A stretch of DNA of 64,000 nt, from contig UYFQ01000001.1 in assembly GCA_900617105.1 (NCBI GenBank), forward strand, positions 2,790,001-2,854,000. Reading direction: 5' to 3'. Shown here piece by piece: positions 10,651-21,593 of the stretch. The stretch comes from Hydrurus foetidus (Eukaryota). Both the position numbers and the translations under genes were made by a program. Every line of letters begins with the position of its first letter. Within the stretch, counting starts at the first letter, position 1. A model generated the notes under the pieces. That model was not told where the DNA came from. It did not search any database and worked only from the letters and a program-made list of their open reading frames with translations.

Positions 10651-13629
10651 GTGATGCTCGACGACCTGCTGGACATGCTGCGGGCAGAGTTTGCGCTGGA
10701 CGTTCCGCGTGCACAACAAACGCTGGCTCTGTGGCAGGCAAACCCACATACGCCGCCCGAAGACTTGTCAGAAATGCTGTCCTTGCTAGACCGCTCTGCA
10801 GAAGTTGTCCAGGTCGTTGGCATGCAGGGCCTGGCTGGTTTTTTGGCACACGTTGCGCAATTTTCGCGCCGCGTTAGCAAAACCGACACGGTTTTTTCAC
10901 CGGTTGGCGCGCCGGGCTTTACCCAAGCAGCCAGCGTGGCGTGGCTGTCTGCGTGGGTCGACAAAGCCAGCCAGTACCTGGCTGCGCCCGCCAGCCCTGC
11001 AGCCGTAGACGCCATTGCCAAGTACTTGTATCGCTGCCCAGCCAAGCTGGGAACCGATGCGTTGTTGGCGTTGGCGGAGCAGCTTGCCATTGCGCCAAGC
11101 TTGCCAACTGACGAGCCAGATCTTGCGCCTCTAGAGCTTGCCTCTGACGGCGACACCGCGCTGTCGACCGACGACGTCGACAACGACTTGCTGCAAGCAC
11201 TGCTGCAAGACGCGCCATTGCAGCTTGAACAGCTTGAAACCGTGCTGCAGCATTGGGTGCGCGGCCAAGTTGACGCGCCGCAAATGCTAGAGGCGCAGCG
11301 TATTGCGCACACCTTCAAGGGCAGCGGCAACATCATTGGCTTGCCCGGCATTGGCCGCATGGCGCACCGGCTGGAAGACGTGCTGGAATACGCACTGGGC
11401 ACGGTGCAAAACCAGCAACGCGCCAACCCTGCGATGGCGCGCGACGCGCTGCGCGCTGTGCTTAGCTTGCAGCAAATGGTCGCGTTTCTGCAAGGCGAAG
11501 ACGCCGCGCCGACTGACTTGAAGCCGGTGTTGCAGCGCCTGCTCGATTGGGTCGAGTTGATTCGCACTGGCGAGGCGTCTTCTGCCGCCCTGCCGCCGCT
11601 CGCCGGCTCAATGCAGCTGCCGAACTTGGCTCAGCTGAATCAACAAGACCAAGTGGCGAGCACGACTATCAACGCGTCCGAGACTGACCTGCCGCTGGAC
11701 TTCGCGCTGGACATCACACCGCACTTTGCGCCTGCTGCCACATTCAAAGCAGCTGCAAACCCGGCAGCTTCTACCGCTGCTCCCGTTGTTCAAGAAGGGG
11801 CTACGCTGCGGGTCGGCGTCGAGCGCCTGAGCCGCATGCTGCGACGCGCGGGCCAGTCGATTGTGCAGTCGCAGCGCTTGGCGCAGCTACTGGCCAGCAG
11901 CAACGACCGCCTGGACGCCATGGTGCGCAGCCAACAACAACTCACCGACCGATTGCGTGAGCTTGAAACGATGGTGCGCGGCCAGGCGGTAGCGCTCCGG
12001 CAGCAACAAAGAGGCGGTGACGGGGGCGACTTTGACCCGCTGGAGCTCGACCGCTACGACGCGCTGCATGTGTTGTCCCGCACCATTTCAGAGTCAGTAC
12101 AAGACAGCAGCACGCTGATTCAGCAAGTTCAGTTTGACAACGCGAGTGCCAGCGCAGTACTGCGCGATGAAGGCTACGCCCTGACTGACCAGCACCGGGA
12201 GCTGCTTTCTGCGCGACTAGTGCCGGCTAAAACCATGCTGCCGCGCTTAAAGCGCAATGTGGCACAAACGGCCAACACCGCAGGCAAGCAAGTGGCGTTA
12301 ACCATCGTCGGCGATGCCGTGATGATGGACGCCGATGTGCTTACGCGCCTGACCGACCCCCTGCTGCACCTGCTGCGCAACGCGGTAGACCATGGTATTG
12401 AATCGCCCGACGAACGCGTGGCCGCAGGCAAACCCGAGCAGGGCACGGTGTCGGTGTCGTTTCGCGCGGTCGGTCAAGAAGTTGAAATCGTGGTGGCCGA
12501 CGACGGCCGCGGGCTTGACCTGAAAGCCATTGCCGACAAAGCGCAATCGTTTGGCTTGTTGGCACCCGGTGCAAAGCTGAGCGATGCAGAATTAAGCCGT
12601 TTAATTTTGCAGCCCGGCTTTAGCACGCGCAACAAAGTGACTGAAGTGTCGGGCCGCGGTGTGGGCATGGACGTGGTCAACGACCGCGTGGCTGCGCTCA
12701 AAGGGCGCCTGGACATTAGCAGCCAAGCCGCGTCCGGCAGCCGCTTCACGCTGCATGTAGCCGTGACCAGTGGCATTGCGCACGCACTGATCGTGCAGTG
12801 CGCGCAAGAAAGCGTGGCCCTGTCGATTGACCAGGTCATTACCGTGCTGCCTGCAGGCGCTGCCGATATTCAGCGCAACGGCGATGCCTGGCAGTTGCTG
12901 CACGAAGGAAGTGTGGTTCCCGCCTATGTGCTGGCTAACTGGTTGGGCTTTGAGGACGGCGGCGATCAGCTGTCTGCGGCTGACCTGGCCTTGAAAATGC
13001 CGGTGCTGGTCAAAGGCGCTGACCACATGATTGCCTTGCTGGTTGATGCAGTGCTTGACTCGCGTGAACTTATTTTGCAAGGCATTGGGCAGCTGGCCCG
13101 GCGCATTCGCGGTGTGGTGGCCGGTGCGCTGCGCGCTGACGGCAAGCCGCTGTTTTTAATTGACGCCGCCGAACTTGAACGCGCCACCCGCACGTCGACC
13201 CAGCTGGTGTCGTCAGCGGCCATGCGGCGGCGCTTGCGGGTCGAGCGCACACGCGTGCTGGTGGTGGACGACGCGCTGTCGGTGCGCCGCGCGATGCAGC
13301 AACTGCTGGTAGATGCAGGGTATGACGTTGCCATGGCCGCAGACGGGTTTGAAGCCATTGAGCAATTGCGCTTGAAGCGCCCAGCGCTGATATTGACCGA
13401 CCTTGAAATGCCGAACCTGAACGGCATTGAGCTGACTCGCCGGGTACGTGAAGTGCCGCAGTGGATGACGATTCCAGTGGTGATGATCACGTCACGCGCA
13501 GGCGACAAACACCAAAACATGGCCAACGAAGCCGGGGTAGACGTGTACCTGACCAAACCGTACTTGGATGCCGTTTTGCTCGGCCATGTGCGGGCGCTAA
13601 GTGCTGCCGACGATGCGCTGGTACTCTAA
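10651..13629 (+). CDS. CheA/ChpA-like hybrid histidine kinase (Hpt, HATPase, CheW, REC)
   Basis: Hpt AHTFKGSG; HLLRNAVDHGIE; DDGRG; VSGRGVGMDVV; C-terminal REC LTDLEMP. Confidence 0.93.
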   Translation: MMLDDLLDMLRAEFALDVPRAQQTLALWQANPHTPPEDLSEMLSLLDRSAEVVQVVGMQGLAGFLAHVAQFSRRVSKTDTVFSPVGAPGFTQAASVAWLSAWVDKASQYLAAPASPAAVDAIAKYLYRCPAKLGTDALLALAEQLAIAPSLPTDEPDLAPLELASDGDTALSTDDVDNDLLQALLQDAPLQLEQLETVLQHWVRGQVDAPQMLEAQRIAHTFKGSGNIIGLPGIGRMAHRLEDVLEYALGTVQNQQRANPAMARDALRAVLSLQQMVAFLQGEDAAPTDLKPVLQRLLDWVELIRTGEASSAALPPLAGSMQLPNLAQLNQQDQVASTTINASETDLPLDFALDITPHFAPAATFKAAANPAASTAAPVVQEGATLRVGVERLSRMLRRAGQSIVQSQRLAQLLASSNDRLDAMVRSQQQLTDRLRELETMVRGQAVALRQQQRGGDGGDFDPLELDRYDALHVLSRTISESVQDSSTLIQQVQFDNASASAVLRDEGYALTDQHRELLSARLVPAKTMLPRLKRNVAQTANTAGKQVALTIVGDAVMMDADVLTRLTDPLLHLLRNAVDHGIESPDERVAAGKPEQGTVSVSFRAVGQEVEIVVADDGRGLDLKAIADKAQSFGLLAPGAKLSDAELSRLILQPGFSTRNKVTEVSGRGVGMDVVNDRVAALKGRLDISSQAASGSRFTLHVAVTSGIAHALIVQCAQESVALSIDQVITVLPAGAADIQRNGDAWQLLHEGSVVPAYVLANWLGFEDGGDQLSAADLALKMPVLVKGADHMIALLVDAVLDSRELILQGIGQLARRIRGVVAGALRADGKPLFLIDAAELERATRTSTQLVSSAAMRRRLRVERTRVLVVDDALSVRRAMQQLLVDAGYDVAMAADGFEAIEQLRLKRPALILTDLEMPNLNGIELTRRVREVPQWMTIPVVMITSRAGDKHQNMANEAGVDVYLTKPYLDAVLLGHVRALSAADDALVL

Positions 13630-14163
13630 CTACCCTACACCTGGCTCGTTAGGCAACTGATTCACCCGCGGCAGCTCTCCGGGCACCACCGGAAAATGAT
13701 TTACCAGCACCGCTGACACTTCAGCCAGCGCCTGCGTCAGCCCCTCTTCAAACCGATTAGCCTTAAAAGCCTGGCTCATTTGCTGGGTAATGGCTTGCCA
13801 CTGCGCAGGCGGTACATGCTGCGCAATGCTGCGGTCGGCCACAATTTCAATTGCATGCTCGGCCAGCTGCAGATAAATCAGCACGCCGTTGTTGTGCTCG
13901 GTGTCCCACACGCGCAACTTGCTAAAAAGCATGACTGCGCGCTGGCGAATAATTTGGCCGAGCGTATGGTGGGCATCCATGCGCCGCAGGTAACTCAGCG
14001 GCAACGCCGCTTCAACATAAATGCGCACCTCGCCCGTGTGCCGCGCCTCACTGGCGGCCACGCGGCGGGTTAAACGCTCAAGCAGGTCAGGGCCAATGGC
14101 GCGTTCGGCGTCAGACGCGTCCAGCCACACGTGCCGAGCGATGGTTTTAAGTTTATTCAACAT
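13630..14163 (-). CDS. TPM domain protein
   Basis: SEARHTGEVRIYVE and LRVWDTEHNNGVLIYL...IEIVADR motifs; follows lemA-ygcG. Confidence 0.88.
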   Translation of the reverse strand: MLNKLKTIARHVWLDASDAERAIGPDLLERLTRRVAASEARHTGEVRIYVEAALPLSYLRRMDAHHTLGQIIRQRAVMLFSKLRVWDTEHNNGVLIYLQLAEHAIEIVADRSIAQHVPPAQWQAITQQMSQAFKANRFEEGLTQALAEVSAVLVNHFPVVPGELPRVNQLPNEPGVG

Positions 14164-14169
14164 GCTGGC

Positions 14170-15120
14170 TTACCAGTCACCGGACGCGCCGCCGCCGCCA
14201 AAGTTACCGCCACCGCCGCTGCTAAAGCCGCCCCCACCTCCTCCTCCACCGCCACCGCCACCGCCAAAACCACCGCCGCCAAAGCCGCCACTGCTCCAGC
14301 CGCCGCCCCGGCGCGAGCCGCTCATGCCGCCCAATGAACTCAAGCTGGCAAACAGCGCCACCACCAGCCCCACCACGGCCGCGCCGCCCGCCAGTATCAA
14401 GCTGCTGGTGAACAGCCACGCCAAGCCGCCCGCCACGCCGCCTGTAGCCACCGCGCCCAGCTTGCGGCCAAAAATGCTGCTTAATACTTTTGCGCCAATC
14501 GGCACGGCAAAAAACAAAAACACCGCCAAATCCGTCCACTGCATGCCCGCAAAGCCTTGGCTCGACTGCCCTGATTGCTTCGCAGGTTCGAGCAGGTTTT
14601 CGCCGCTGATGCGCGCCATGATTTGATCAGCCGCCGCATCGAGTCCACCCGCATAGTCACCTTGCTTGAAACGCGGCGTGATGGCGTTGGCAATGATTTG
14701 CTTGGCGGCCAGGTCGGGGATGGCGCCTTCAAGCGCTTTTGTGGTGGCAATGCGAACCTTGCGGTCGTTTTTAGCCACCACCAACAGCAGCCCGTCGCCG
14801 ATGTCTTTGCGGCCAATTTTCCAGCTGTCGCCGACCCGCTGGGCGTAGTCGGTAAGGTCTTCGGGCAGCGTCGTGGCCACCATCAAGATCACCACTTGCG
14901 CGCCGCGCGATTTCTCAAACGCTTCCAGCTTGGCGTTCAGCGCCTGCAATTGCGCCGCTTGCAGGGTGCCGGTGGTGTCGATGACACGCGCCGTCAGCGC
15001 AGGCACGGCCTGCAGGTCAGCGCTTGTCTGAGTTTGAGCCTGCACCACACCCCAGCCGCCCAACCCTAGCGCTATTATAAACAGAGCTGCTCGCGCCCGT
15101 ATTAATTGGGCTACCGGCAC
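14170..15120 (-). CDS. YgcG/TPM domain membrane protein with Gly-rich tail
   Basis: WKIGRKDIGDGLLLVVAKNDRKVRI; C-terminal FSSGGGGNFGGGGASGDW. Confidence 0.9.
   Translation of the reverse strand: MPVAQLIRARAALFIIALGLGGWGVVQAQTQTSADLQAVPALTARVIDTTGTLQAAQLQALNAKLEAFEKSRGAQVVILMVATTLPEDLTDYAQRVGDSWKIGRKDIGDGLLLVVAKNDRKVRIATTKALEGAIPDLAAKQIIANAITPRFKQGDYAGGLDAAADQIMARISGENLLEPAKQSGQSSQGFAGMQWTDLAVFLFFAVPIGAKVLSSIFGRKLGAVATGGVAGGLAWLFTSSLILAGGAAVVGLVVALFASLSSLGGMSGSRRGGGWSSGGFGGGGFGGGGGGGGGGGGGFSSGGGGNFGGGGASGDW
15071..15113 (+). repeat. 43-bp two-hairpin repeat, copy 1 (in ygcG-like signal peptide)
   Basis: GCTATTATAAACAGAGCTGCTCGCGCCCGTATTAATTGGGCTA. Confidence 0.85.
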
Positions 15121-15161
15121 TTTTTACCCCTGTTTTTGGTCATTTTAGGGCGCTAAACAGC

Positions 15162-15761
15162 TTATTTCTTCTCAAAGCTCACAGCAGGTGGTTTGGAAAT
15201 TTGAGCTTCGTTTTCAACTGCAAAGGTCGGCTTGACGTTGTAGCTAAAAATCATCGCGGTCAGGTTGTTCGGAAAACTGCGCGCCAAAATGTTGTAGTCC
15301 TGTACCGTTTTGATGTAACGGTTGCGCGCCACGGTAATGCGGTTTTCAGTGCCTTCCAGTTGCACACGCAAGTCTTGAAAACCTTGATTGGCTTTCAGGT
15401 TAGGGTAGTTCTCACTCACCACCAGCAAGCGCGACAAGCTTGAAGTCAACTCGCCTTGCGCCGCCTGAAATTTTTTGAAGGCTTCCGGGTCGTTTAATGT
15501 TTCAGGCGTGACCTGAATCGACGTGGCTTTGGCCCGCGCCTCGACCACTTTGGTCAGCGTGTCTTGCTCAAAAGCGGCCTCGCCCTTAACGGTAGCCACA
15601 ATATTGGGCACCAGGTCGGCGCGGCGTTGGTATTGGTTCAGCACTTCAGACCAGGCAGACTTGGTTTGCTCGTCCAGTGCCTGAAACTGGTTGTAGCCGC
15701 AGCCCGTCAGCGCAAAAGCAAACAGGGCCGATGCCAAAATTTTAAATACACGTGATGTCAT
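15162..15761 (-). CDS. lemA: LemA family lipoprotein
   Basis: LTGCGYN lipobox; QYQRRADLVPN; LEGTENRITVARNRY; ATG at 15761 has a GGAGG RBS. Confidence 0.92.
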   Translation of the reverse strand: MTSRVFKILASALFAFALTGCGYNQFQALDEQTKSAWSEVLNQYQRRADLVPNIVATVKGEAAFEQDTLTKVVEARAKATSIQVTPETLNDPEAFKKFQAAQGELTSSLSRLLVVSENYPNLKANQGFQDLRVQLEGTENRITVARNRYIKTVQDYNILARSFPNNLTAMIFSYNVKPTFAVENEAQISKPPAVSFEKK

Positions 15762-15862
15762 GCAAAGTCCTCCAAAAATCATGATGAAGTCGATGTGCGA
15801 CATTACCATATACCCACGCGCCCCAGCTATCAGATAACGCCGCGAACTCTACAAGGCAACGC

Positions 15863-16309
15863 ATGCGAAAAGTCAAGCCCCCACCGCCCACCATTGGCAG
15901 TGCCGATGAAACCGAAAGCGCTTTTTACCAAGCCCTGCAAACCGGCGACATCGACAAGCTGATGGCCTGCTGGGCCGATGAAGACGACATTGTGTGCGTA
16001 CACCCCGGCGGCGCACGGCTGCTGGGCGCGGGCGCTATTCGGGCCGCGTTCGACATGATGTTTACCAACGGCAGCATCAGCGTTAAGGCTGAAAAAGTTC
16101 ACCGTGTTGAAGCGCTAGACGCCAGCGTGCATAGCGTGCTGGAGCGCATTGAAGTGCTGACCGACGACGGCCCGCGCCACGCCTATGTGATTGCCACCAA
16201 CGTGTATCAAAAAACCCCGTTAGGCTGGCGCATGGTGGCTCACCACGCCAGCCCCGGCACGCCGCGCGAGATGCTTGAAGTCAACGACAGCCCGCAGGTC
16301 TTGCATTGA
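15863..16309 (+). CDS. SnoaL/NTF2-like (YybH-type) protein
   Basis: AFYQAL...CVHPGG...ATNVY...GWRMVAHHASP. Confidence 0.8.
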   Translation: MRKVKPPPPTIGSADETESAFYQALQTGDIDKLMACWADEDDIVCVHPGGARLLGAGAIRAAFDMMFTNGSISVKAEKVHRVEALDASVHSVLERIEVLTDDGPRHAYVIATNVYQKTPLGWRMVAHHASPGTPREMLEVNDSPQVLH

Positions 16310-16337
16310 CGGCAGCAGTCGCAATGGCGGTTACTTG

Positions 16338-17396
16338 ATGCAATACGCCGCGCCGTGGTGGCTGCCCGGGGGCAACCTGCAAACCATTTGGGCGGCGCTG
16401 CGTGCCGAGCGCTTCGTGGGCGAAGCGCCAAGCTTTCGGCGCGAGCGCTGGGTAACGCCGGACGCTGACTTTATTGATGTCGACTTTATGGACAGTGCCC
16501 CCACGCTTGTCACTTCGTGTACTGCGCTGCCCCCCGAGGGGGCTGGCCTTGCCAGGGGCGGCCCGGCGCGGCGGCCGCACGATTCCGCTCAACCCCTGTT
16601 GGTGGTTTTTCACGGCCTGGAAGGCTCTTCCAGCAGCCACTACGCGCAGGCGTTTGCCGACGTGGCGCAGCGCCGCGGCTGGGCCTGCTGCGTGCCGCAT
16701 TTCAGGGGCTGCTCGGGCGAGTTAAACCACGGCCCGCGCGCCTATCATTCTGGCGATTTTCAAGAAATCGACTGGATTTTGCGTCGCCTGCAGGCCAGCC
16801 ACGTCGGGCTGCTGGTGGTGGTCGGCATTTCGCTGGGCGGCAATGCGCTGATGCGCTGGGCTGGCGAAGTCGGAAGTGGGGCAGCCCGAGTCGTTCAGGC
16901 CATTGCCAGCGTTTCGTCACCGCTGGACATGGCGGCCGGCGGCTGGGCGATTGGGCGCGGCTTTAACAGGCAGGTCTACACCCGCATGTTTTTGAGCAGC
17001 ATGGTGCCCAAAGCGCTGCAAAAGTTAGAGCAGCACCCCGGCTTGTTTGACCGCAACGCCATGCTGGCGGTGCGCGACATTTACACCTTCGACAACATCT
17101 TCACCGCGCCGCTGCACGGATTTCAAAACACCGACGACTATTACCAGCGCGCTTCTGGCAAGCCGCTCATGCCTTCGGTGGCCGTGCCTGCGCTGGCACT
17201 TAATGCCTTGAACGACCCGTTTATTCCCGCGTGGAGCTTGCCCACGGCCAGCGATGTCAGTAGCAGCGTCACGCTGTGGCAACCCGCGCACGGTGGGCAT
17301 GTCGGGTTCACGGCCAGCCCGACCCTGTCTGATTTCCCCGGCCATGTACGGGCCATGCCCGAGGCCGTATCGACGTTTTTAGCGGCACATCTTTAA
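16338..17396 (+). CDS. YheT-family alpha/beta hydrolase carrying an in-frame repeat-like insertion
   Basis: WWLPGGNLQTIW; FHGLEGSS; nucleophile GISLGG; NDPF; GGHVGF; ATG at 16338. Confidence 0.88.
   Translation: MQYAAPWWLPGGNLQTIWAALRAERFVGEAPSFRRERWVTPDADFIDVDFMDSAPTLVTSCTALPPEGAGLARGGPARRPHDSAQPLLVVFHGLEGSSSSHYAQAFADVAQRRGWACCVPHFRGCSGELNHGPRAYHSGDFQEIDWILRRLQASHVGLLVVVGISLGGNALMRWAGEVGSGAARVVQAIASVSSPLDMAAGGWAIGRGFNRQVYTRMFLSSMVPKALQKLEQHPGLFDRNAMLAVRDIYTFDNIFTAPLHGFQNTDDYYQRASGKPLMPSVAVPALALNALNDPFIPAWSLPTASDVSSSVTLWQPAHGGHVGFTASPTLSDFPGHVRAMPEAVSTFLAAHL
16497..16577 (+). repeat. GC-rich hairpin element inserted in frame in the YheT-like gene
   Basis: CCCCCACGCTTGTCACTTCGTGTACTGCGCTGCCCCCCGAGGGGGCTGGCC...; hairpins CAC-TTC-GTG and GCCCCC-CGA-GGGGGC; encodes APTLVTSCTALPPEGAGLARGGPARRP in a normally short linker. 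Confidence 0.6.
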
Positions 17397-17405
17397 AATC
17401 ACCTC

Positions 17406-18014
17406 ATGGACGATATTGTTAAAGCCGCCATTGCCAAATGGCCCAACGTGCCCCACTGCTACGGCTGGCTGGGGCTAGATGCGCGCGGCAACTGGTACCT
17501 GCGCGACGACGCCGCACAAGCCGCAGGCGCGTTTTGCGCAGCATCGCCCGATGCGGGCAGGCAAATCGCCAGCAAGGGGTCGCTGCTGCAGCACGAAAAG
17601 TTAATCGACTTCATTGCCCGCAATTACGAATGCGATGAGTCAAACGCCAGCCAGGCGAAGGGCCAGTGGTTTTTTCAAAACGGCCCGCAGCGCGTGTATG
17701 TTGAGCTTGAAGCCACGCCCTACGTTTGGCGCGTAGGTGCAGCGCCTGAATTTGACGTAACAGCCCACACCGGCGAGGTAGCCATTACCCAGCGCTGCAT
17801 CGTTGACGAGCATGGCCGTGTATACCTCGAAACCGCACTCGGCTTTGGCCTGGTGCACACCCAAGACGTGCTGCAAGCAGCGCAAGCCATCGAGCTGGGC
17901 CTGTGGGTGCCGCAAGACATGCTGGCCAAAGACTTGCCGGGCCGGTTCGGCTATGTGCGCAGCCCTGAAGCGGCGCATAAACTCGCGCTTAAAGTCGTCC
18001 AAAACGCTACTTAA
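17406..18014 (+). CDS. DUF2946 family protein
   Basis: MDDIVKAAIAKWPNVPHCYGWLGLDARGNW and WFFQNGPQRVYVEL motifs. Confidence 0.8.
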   Translation: MDDIVKAAIAKWPNVPHCYGWLGLDARGNWYLRDDAAQAAGAFCAASPDAGRQIASKGSLLQHEKLIDFIARNYECDESNASQAKGQWFFQNGPQRVYVELEATPYVWRVGAAPEFDVTAHTGEVAITQRCIVDEHGRVYLETALGFGLVHTQDVLQAAQAIELGLWVPQDMLAKDLPGRFGYVRSPEAAHKLALKVVQNAT

Positions 18015-18048
18015 ATCGTAGCTGCTCGCGCCCGTATTTATTGGGCTA
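18006..18048 (+). repeat. 43-bp repeat, copy 2 (supplies DUF2946 stop)
   Basis: GCTACTTAAATCGTAGCTGCTCGCGCCCGTATTTATTGGGCTA. Confidence 0.85.
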
Positions 18049-18067
18049 CCGCCATTTTTGACAACAA

Positions 18068-18091
18068 AAAACCGGCTTAATTGCCGGTTTT
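18068..18091. terminator. Bidirectional intrinsic terminator
   Basis: AAAACCGGC-TTAATT-GCCGGTTTT between convergent genes. Confidence 0.75.
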
Positions 18092-18220
18092 CGTCAATAT
18101 TGAGCGCCCTGAAGCTTTTTCTGGCCCTGCCTGGCGAGGCGGTCACTCACAGATCTGGCTGCTCAGACGTTGCCCAGCTAACTCCGGTTGTTGCCGCAAA
18201 TTGGTTTGTACGGGGTGCTG

Positions 18221-18844
18221 CTACTTCACGGCCGCAGCAGGCGCTGCAGGCGCGGCTGCTGCAGCGGGAGCGGGAGCGGTCGACGAGCCAGCAACCGATG
18301 CAGCATCAGCCGCTGCCGGAGCAGCCCCAGCAGGTGGGCCCGGAATGGCAAATTTACCGCCAGCAGCAGCCGTGAGGTACACCACGGCGCGGCCAATTTC
18401 TGTGTCGTTGTATTCGCCGCCGCCTTGTGCGCCCATGGCGCCTTTGCCTTTGAGGGCAGACGCCCACAGCGCGTCGTAACCAGTTTTAATGCGCGGTGCC
18501 CAGGCAGCGGCGTCGCCTGTTTTGGGCGAGCCCGCCAAGCCAGCCGCGTGGCAAGCCGTGCACTGCGCTTTATAAACTTCTTCGCCGGAGCGCAGCGGCC
18601 GATTCGCGTCGCGGATTTCAACTGAGCCCACGCGCTTGATGCGCGCGCTCAAGGCCATTTCAGAGTCGCCCGCACCGGCTGCTGGTTTGTTGCCTTTGGT
18701 CACGGTGAATACCAAGCCAATGATGATGAAAATCGGCAGAATAAAAAACAGAGCTGACGCCTGCAGCAACTGCTTGGGCGTTTTGATCGGGCCGGTGTGA
18801 GCCTCTTCGTATTCGGGGGCGGTGGTGTGGTCGTTAGCGCTCAT
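18221..18844 (-). CDS. Cytochrome c5 family protein
   Basis: CTACH haem motif; N-terminal TM; KGAMGAQGG Met ligand; Ala/Pro-rich tail; ATG at 18844. Confidence 0.9.
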   Translation of the reverse strand: MSANDHTTAPEYEEAHTGPIKTPKQLLQASALFFILPIFIIIGLVFTVTKGNKPAAGAGDSEMALSARIKRVGSVEIRDANRPLRSGEEVYKAQCTACHAAGLAGSPKTGDAAAWAPRIKTGYDALWASALKGKGAMGAQGGGEYNDTEIGRAVVYLTAAAGGKFAIPGPPAGAAPAAADAASVAGSSTAPAPAAAAAPAAPAAAVK

Positions 18845-18859
18845 GGCGTCCTCAAATAA

Positions 18860-20257
<1,398 letters not shown>

Positions 20258-20292
20258 CGGCATTAAAGCACCCTAAAAAACAGGCCTAAACC

Positions 20293-21483
20293 GTGCAAAT
20301 TGTTGAATTTACCGCCGACAGCTTGCGCTTTGTAGATGCTGCGCCTGCGCAGCCGCCGCCCGATGGCTTTGTGTGGCTGTTCATGGAGCAGCACGAGTTT
20401 GAGGCCGCGCAAGTTCAAATTCAGCAGGCGGCTTTGGCGCTTGGCGGCTCGCCCCTGCTTGACCTTCATTGCCAGGACTTGGCCAGCGCGGTGCACCCGT
20501 CGTACTACGATTCAACTTCGATTTATGACCTGATTATTTTCAGGCGCTTGGCCACGCAGCTCGAGACGCAGGCCGACGACGAGCACGAAAAAGCCATTAC
20601 CGATTACCACGGCCAGGGCGGAAAAGCCAAGGTTCGGGGCGAGCGCATGCCCACGTTCAACCGCATCAGCTCCAAAGCCGTTGGCTTTGCGGTGTTTGAC
20701 CGCTGCCTGATCAGCGTGCACCCGCCGGGTTGCTATTCGGCCAAGGGGTTTATTCAGCGCTTTTTGGCCGACGCCAAGTTCACGCTCGATGCAGGGCGGC
20801 TCGACTCAGCCGCCGCCCGGACGCGTCTGCCCGTTAGCCCCGCCGACCTCGCCCTGCGCATGATCAACGCCATGGTCGACAGCTACCTCGACCTGCGCAA
20901 AGTCCTAACCAGCCAGCTGGAGCACTGGCAAGCCGACCTGCTTCGCGCCAATTCGCGTTTTGACAACTGGGGCGCCCTGATGACCGCGCGAACACAGCTG
21001 CATGTGCTGGAAGAGCTGTGCAACGAACAGCACGACGCCATGCAGGAATGGCTCGACACGCTGCGTGAGCAACCCTTGGCATCGTTCGTAAAAACGCACG
21101 TTAAAGCCAGCGACGACGCCCTGAGCGCAGCGCAAGCGCAACGCGACCAACTGGTGGCCCGAGCGCGCGATGTGATGGAACACATCGAACGCGTGATGCA
21201 GCACGCCCGACGGCTGGAGCAGTCTGCCGAAACCGTGGTGCAAATTCACTTCAACGCGCAAAGCAACCGCACCAACGACGTAATGCGCACGCTGACTGCC
21301 GTGACGGCAATTTTCTTGCCGCTTAATTCAATCACCGGTTTTTTTGGCATGAACTTTGAGCATATTCCCGGCCTAAAGTCGCCCACCGCGTTTTGGCTGA
21401 CGGTGGGTTTTATGGCGCTGCTGGTGGTGGTGGTGTTGACGGTTTTTTTACGCAAGCGCTACATTGCGCGCAGCCGTTCGTAA
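20293..21483 (+). CDS. CorA-family Mg2+/divalent cation transporter
   Basis: C-terminal two TM helices with FFGMNF signature. Confidence 0.9.
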   Translation: MQIVEFTADSLRFVDAAPAQPPPDGFVWLFMEQHEFEAAQVQIQQAALALGGSPLLDLHCQDLASAVHPSYYDSTSIYDLIIFRRLATQLETQADDEHEKAITDYHGQGGKAKVRGERMPTFNRISSKAVGFAVFDRCLISVHPPGCYSAKGFIQRFLADAKFTLDAGRLDSAAARTRLPVSPADLALRMINAMVDSYLDLRKVLTSQLEHWQADLLRANSRFDNWGALMTARTQLHVLEELCNEQHDAMQEWLDTLREQPLASFVKTHVKASDDALSAAQAQRDQLVARARDVMEHIERVMQHARRLEQSAETVVQIHFNAQSNRTNDVMRTLTAVTAIFLPLNSITGFFGMNFEHIPGLKSPTAFWLTVGFMALLVVVVLTVFLRKRYIARSRS

Positions 21484-21510
21484 CCGTTCCTGGTCGTTCC
21501 GAGCCAATTT

Positions 21511-21553
21511 GCTCTTTTAATAATAGCTGCTCACGCCCGTATTGATTGGGCTA
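21511..21553 (+). repeat. 43-bp repeat, copy 4 (intergenic)
   Basis: GCTCTTTTAATAATAGCTGCTCACGCCCGTATTGATTGGGCTA. Confidence 0.85.
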
Positions 21554-21593
21554 AGAGCCTTTTTTATATCTGTTTTGGCTTGTAGCGGCCGCA

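Noticed and set aside
14170..14310. (CCG/CCA)n low-complexity tract
   Set aside because: Encodes the normal Gly-rich tail of YgcG/TPM proteins
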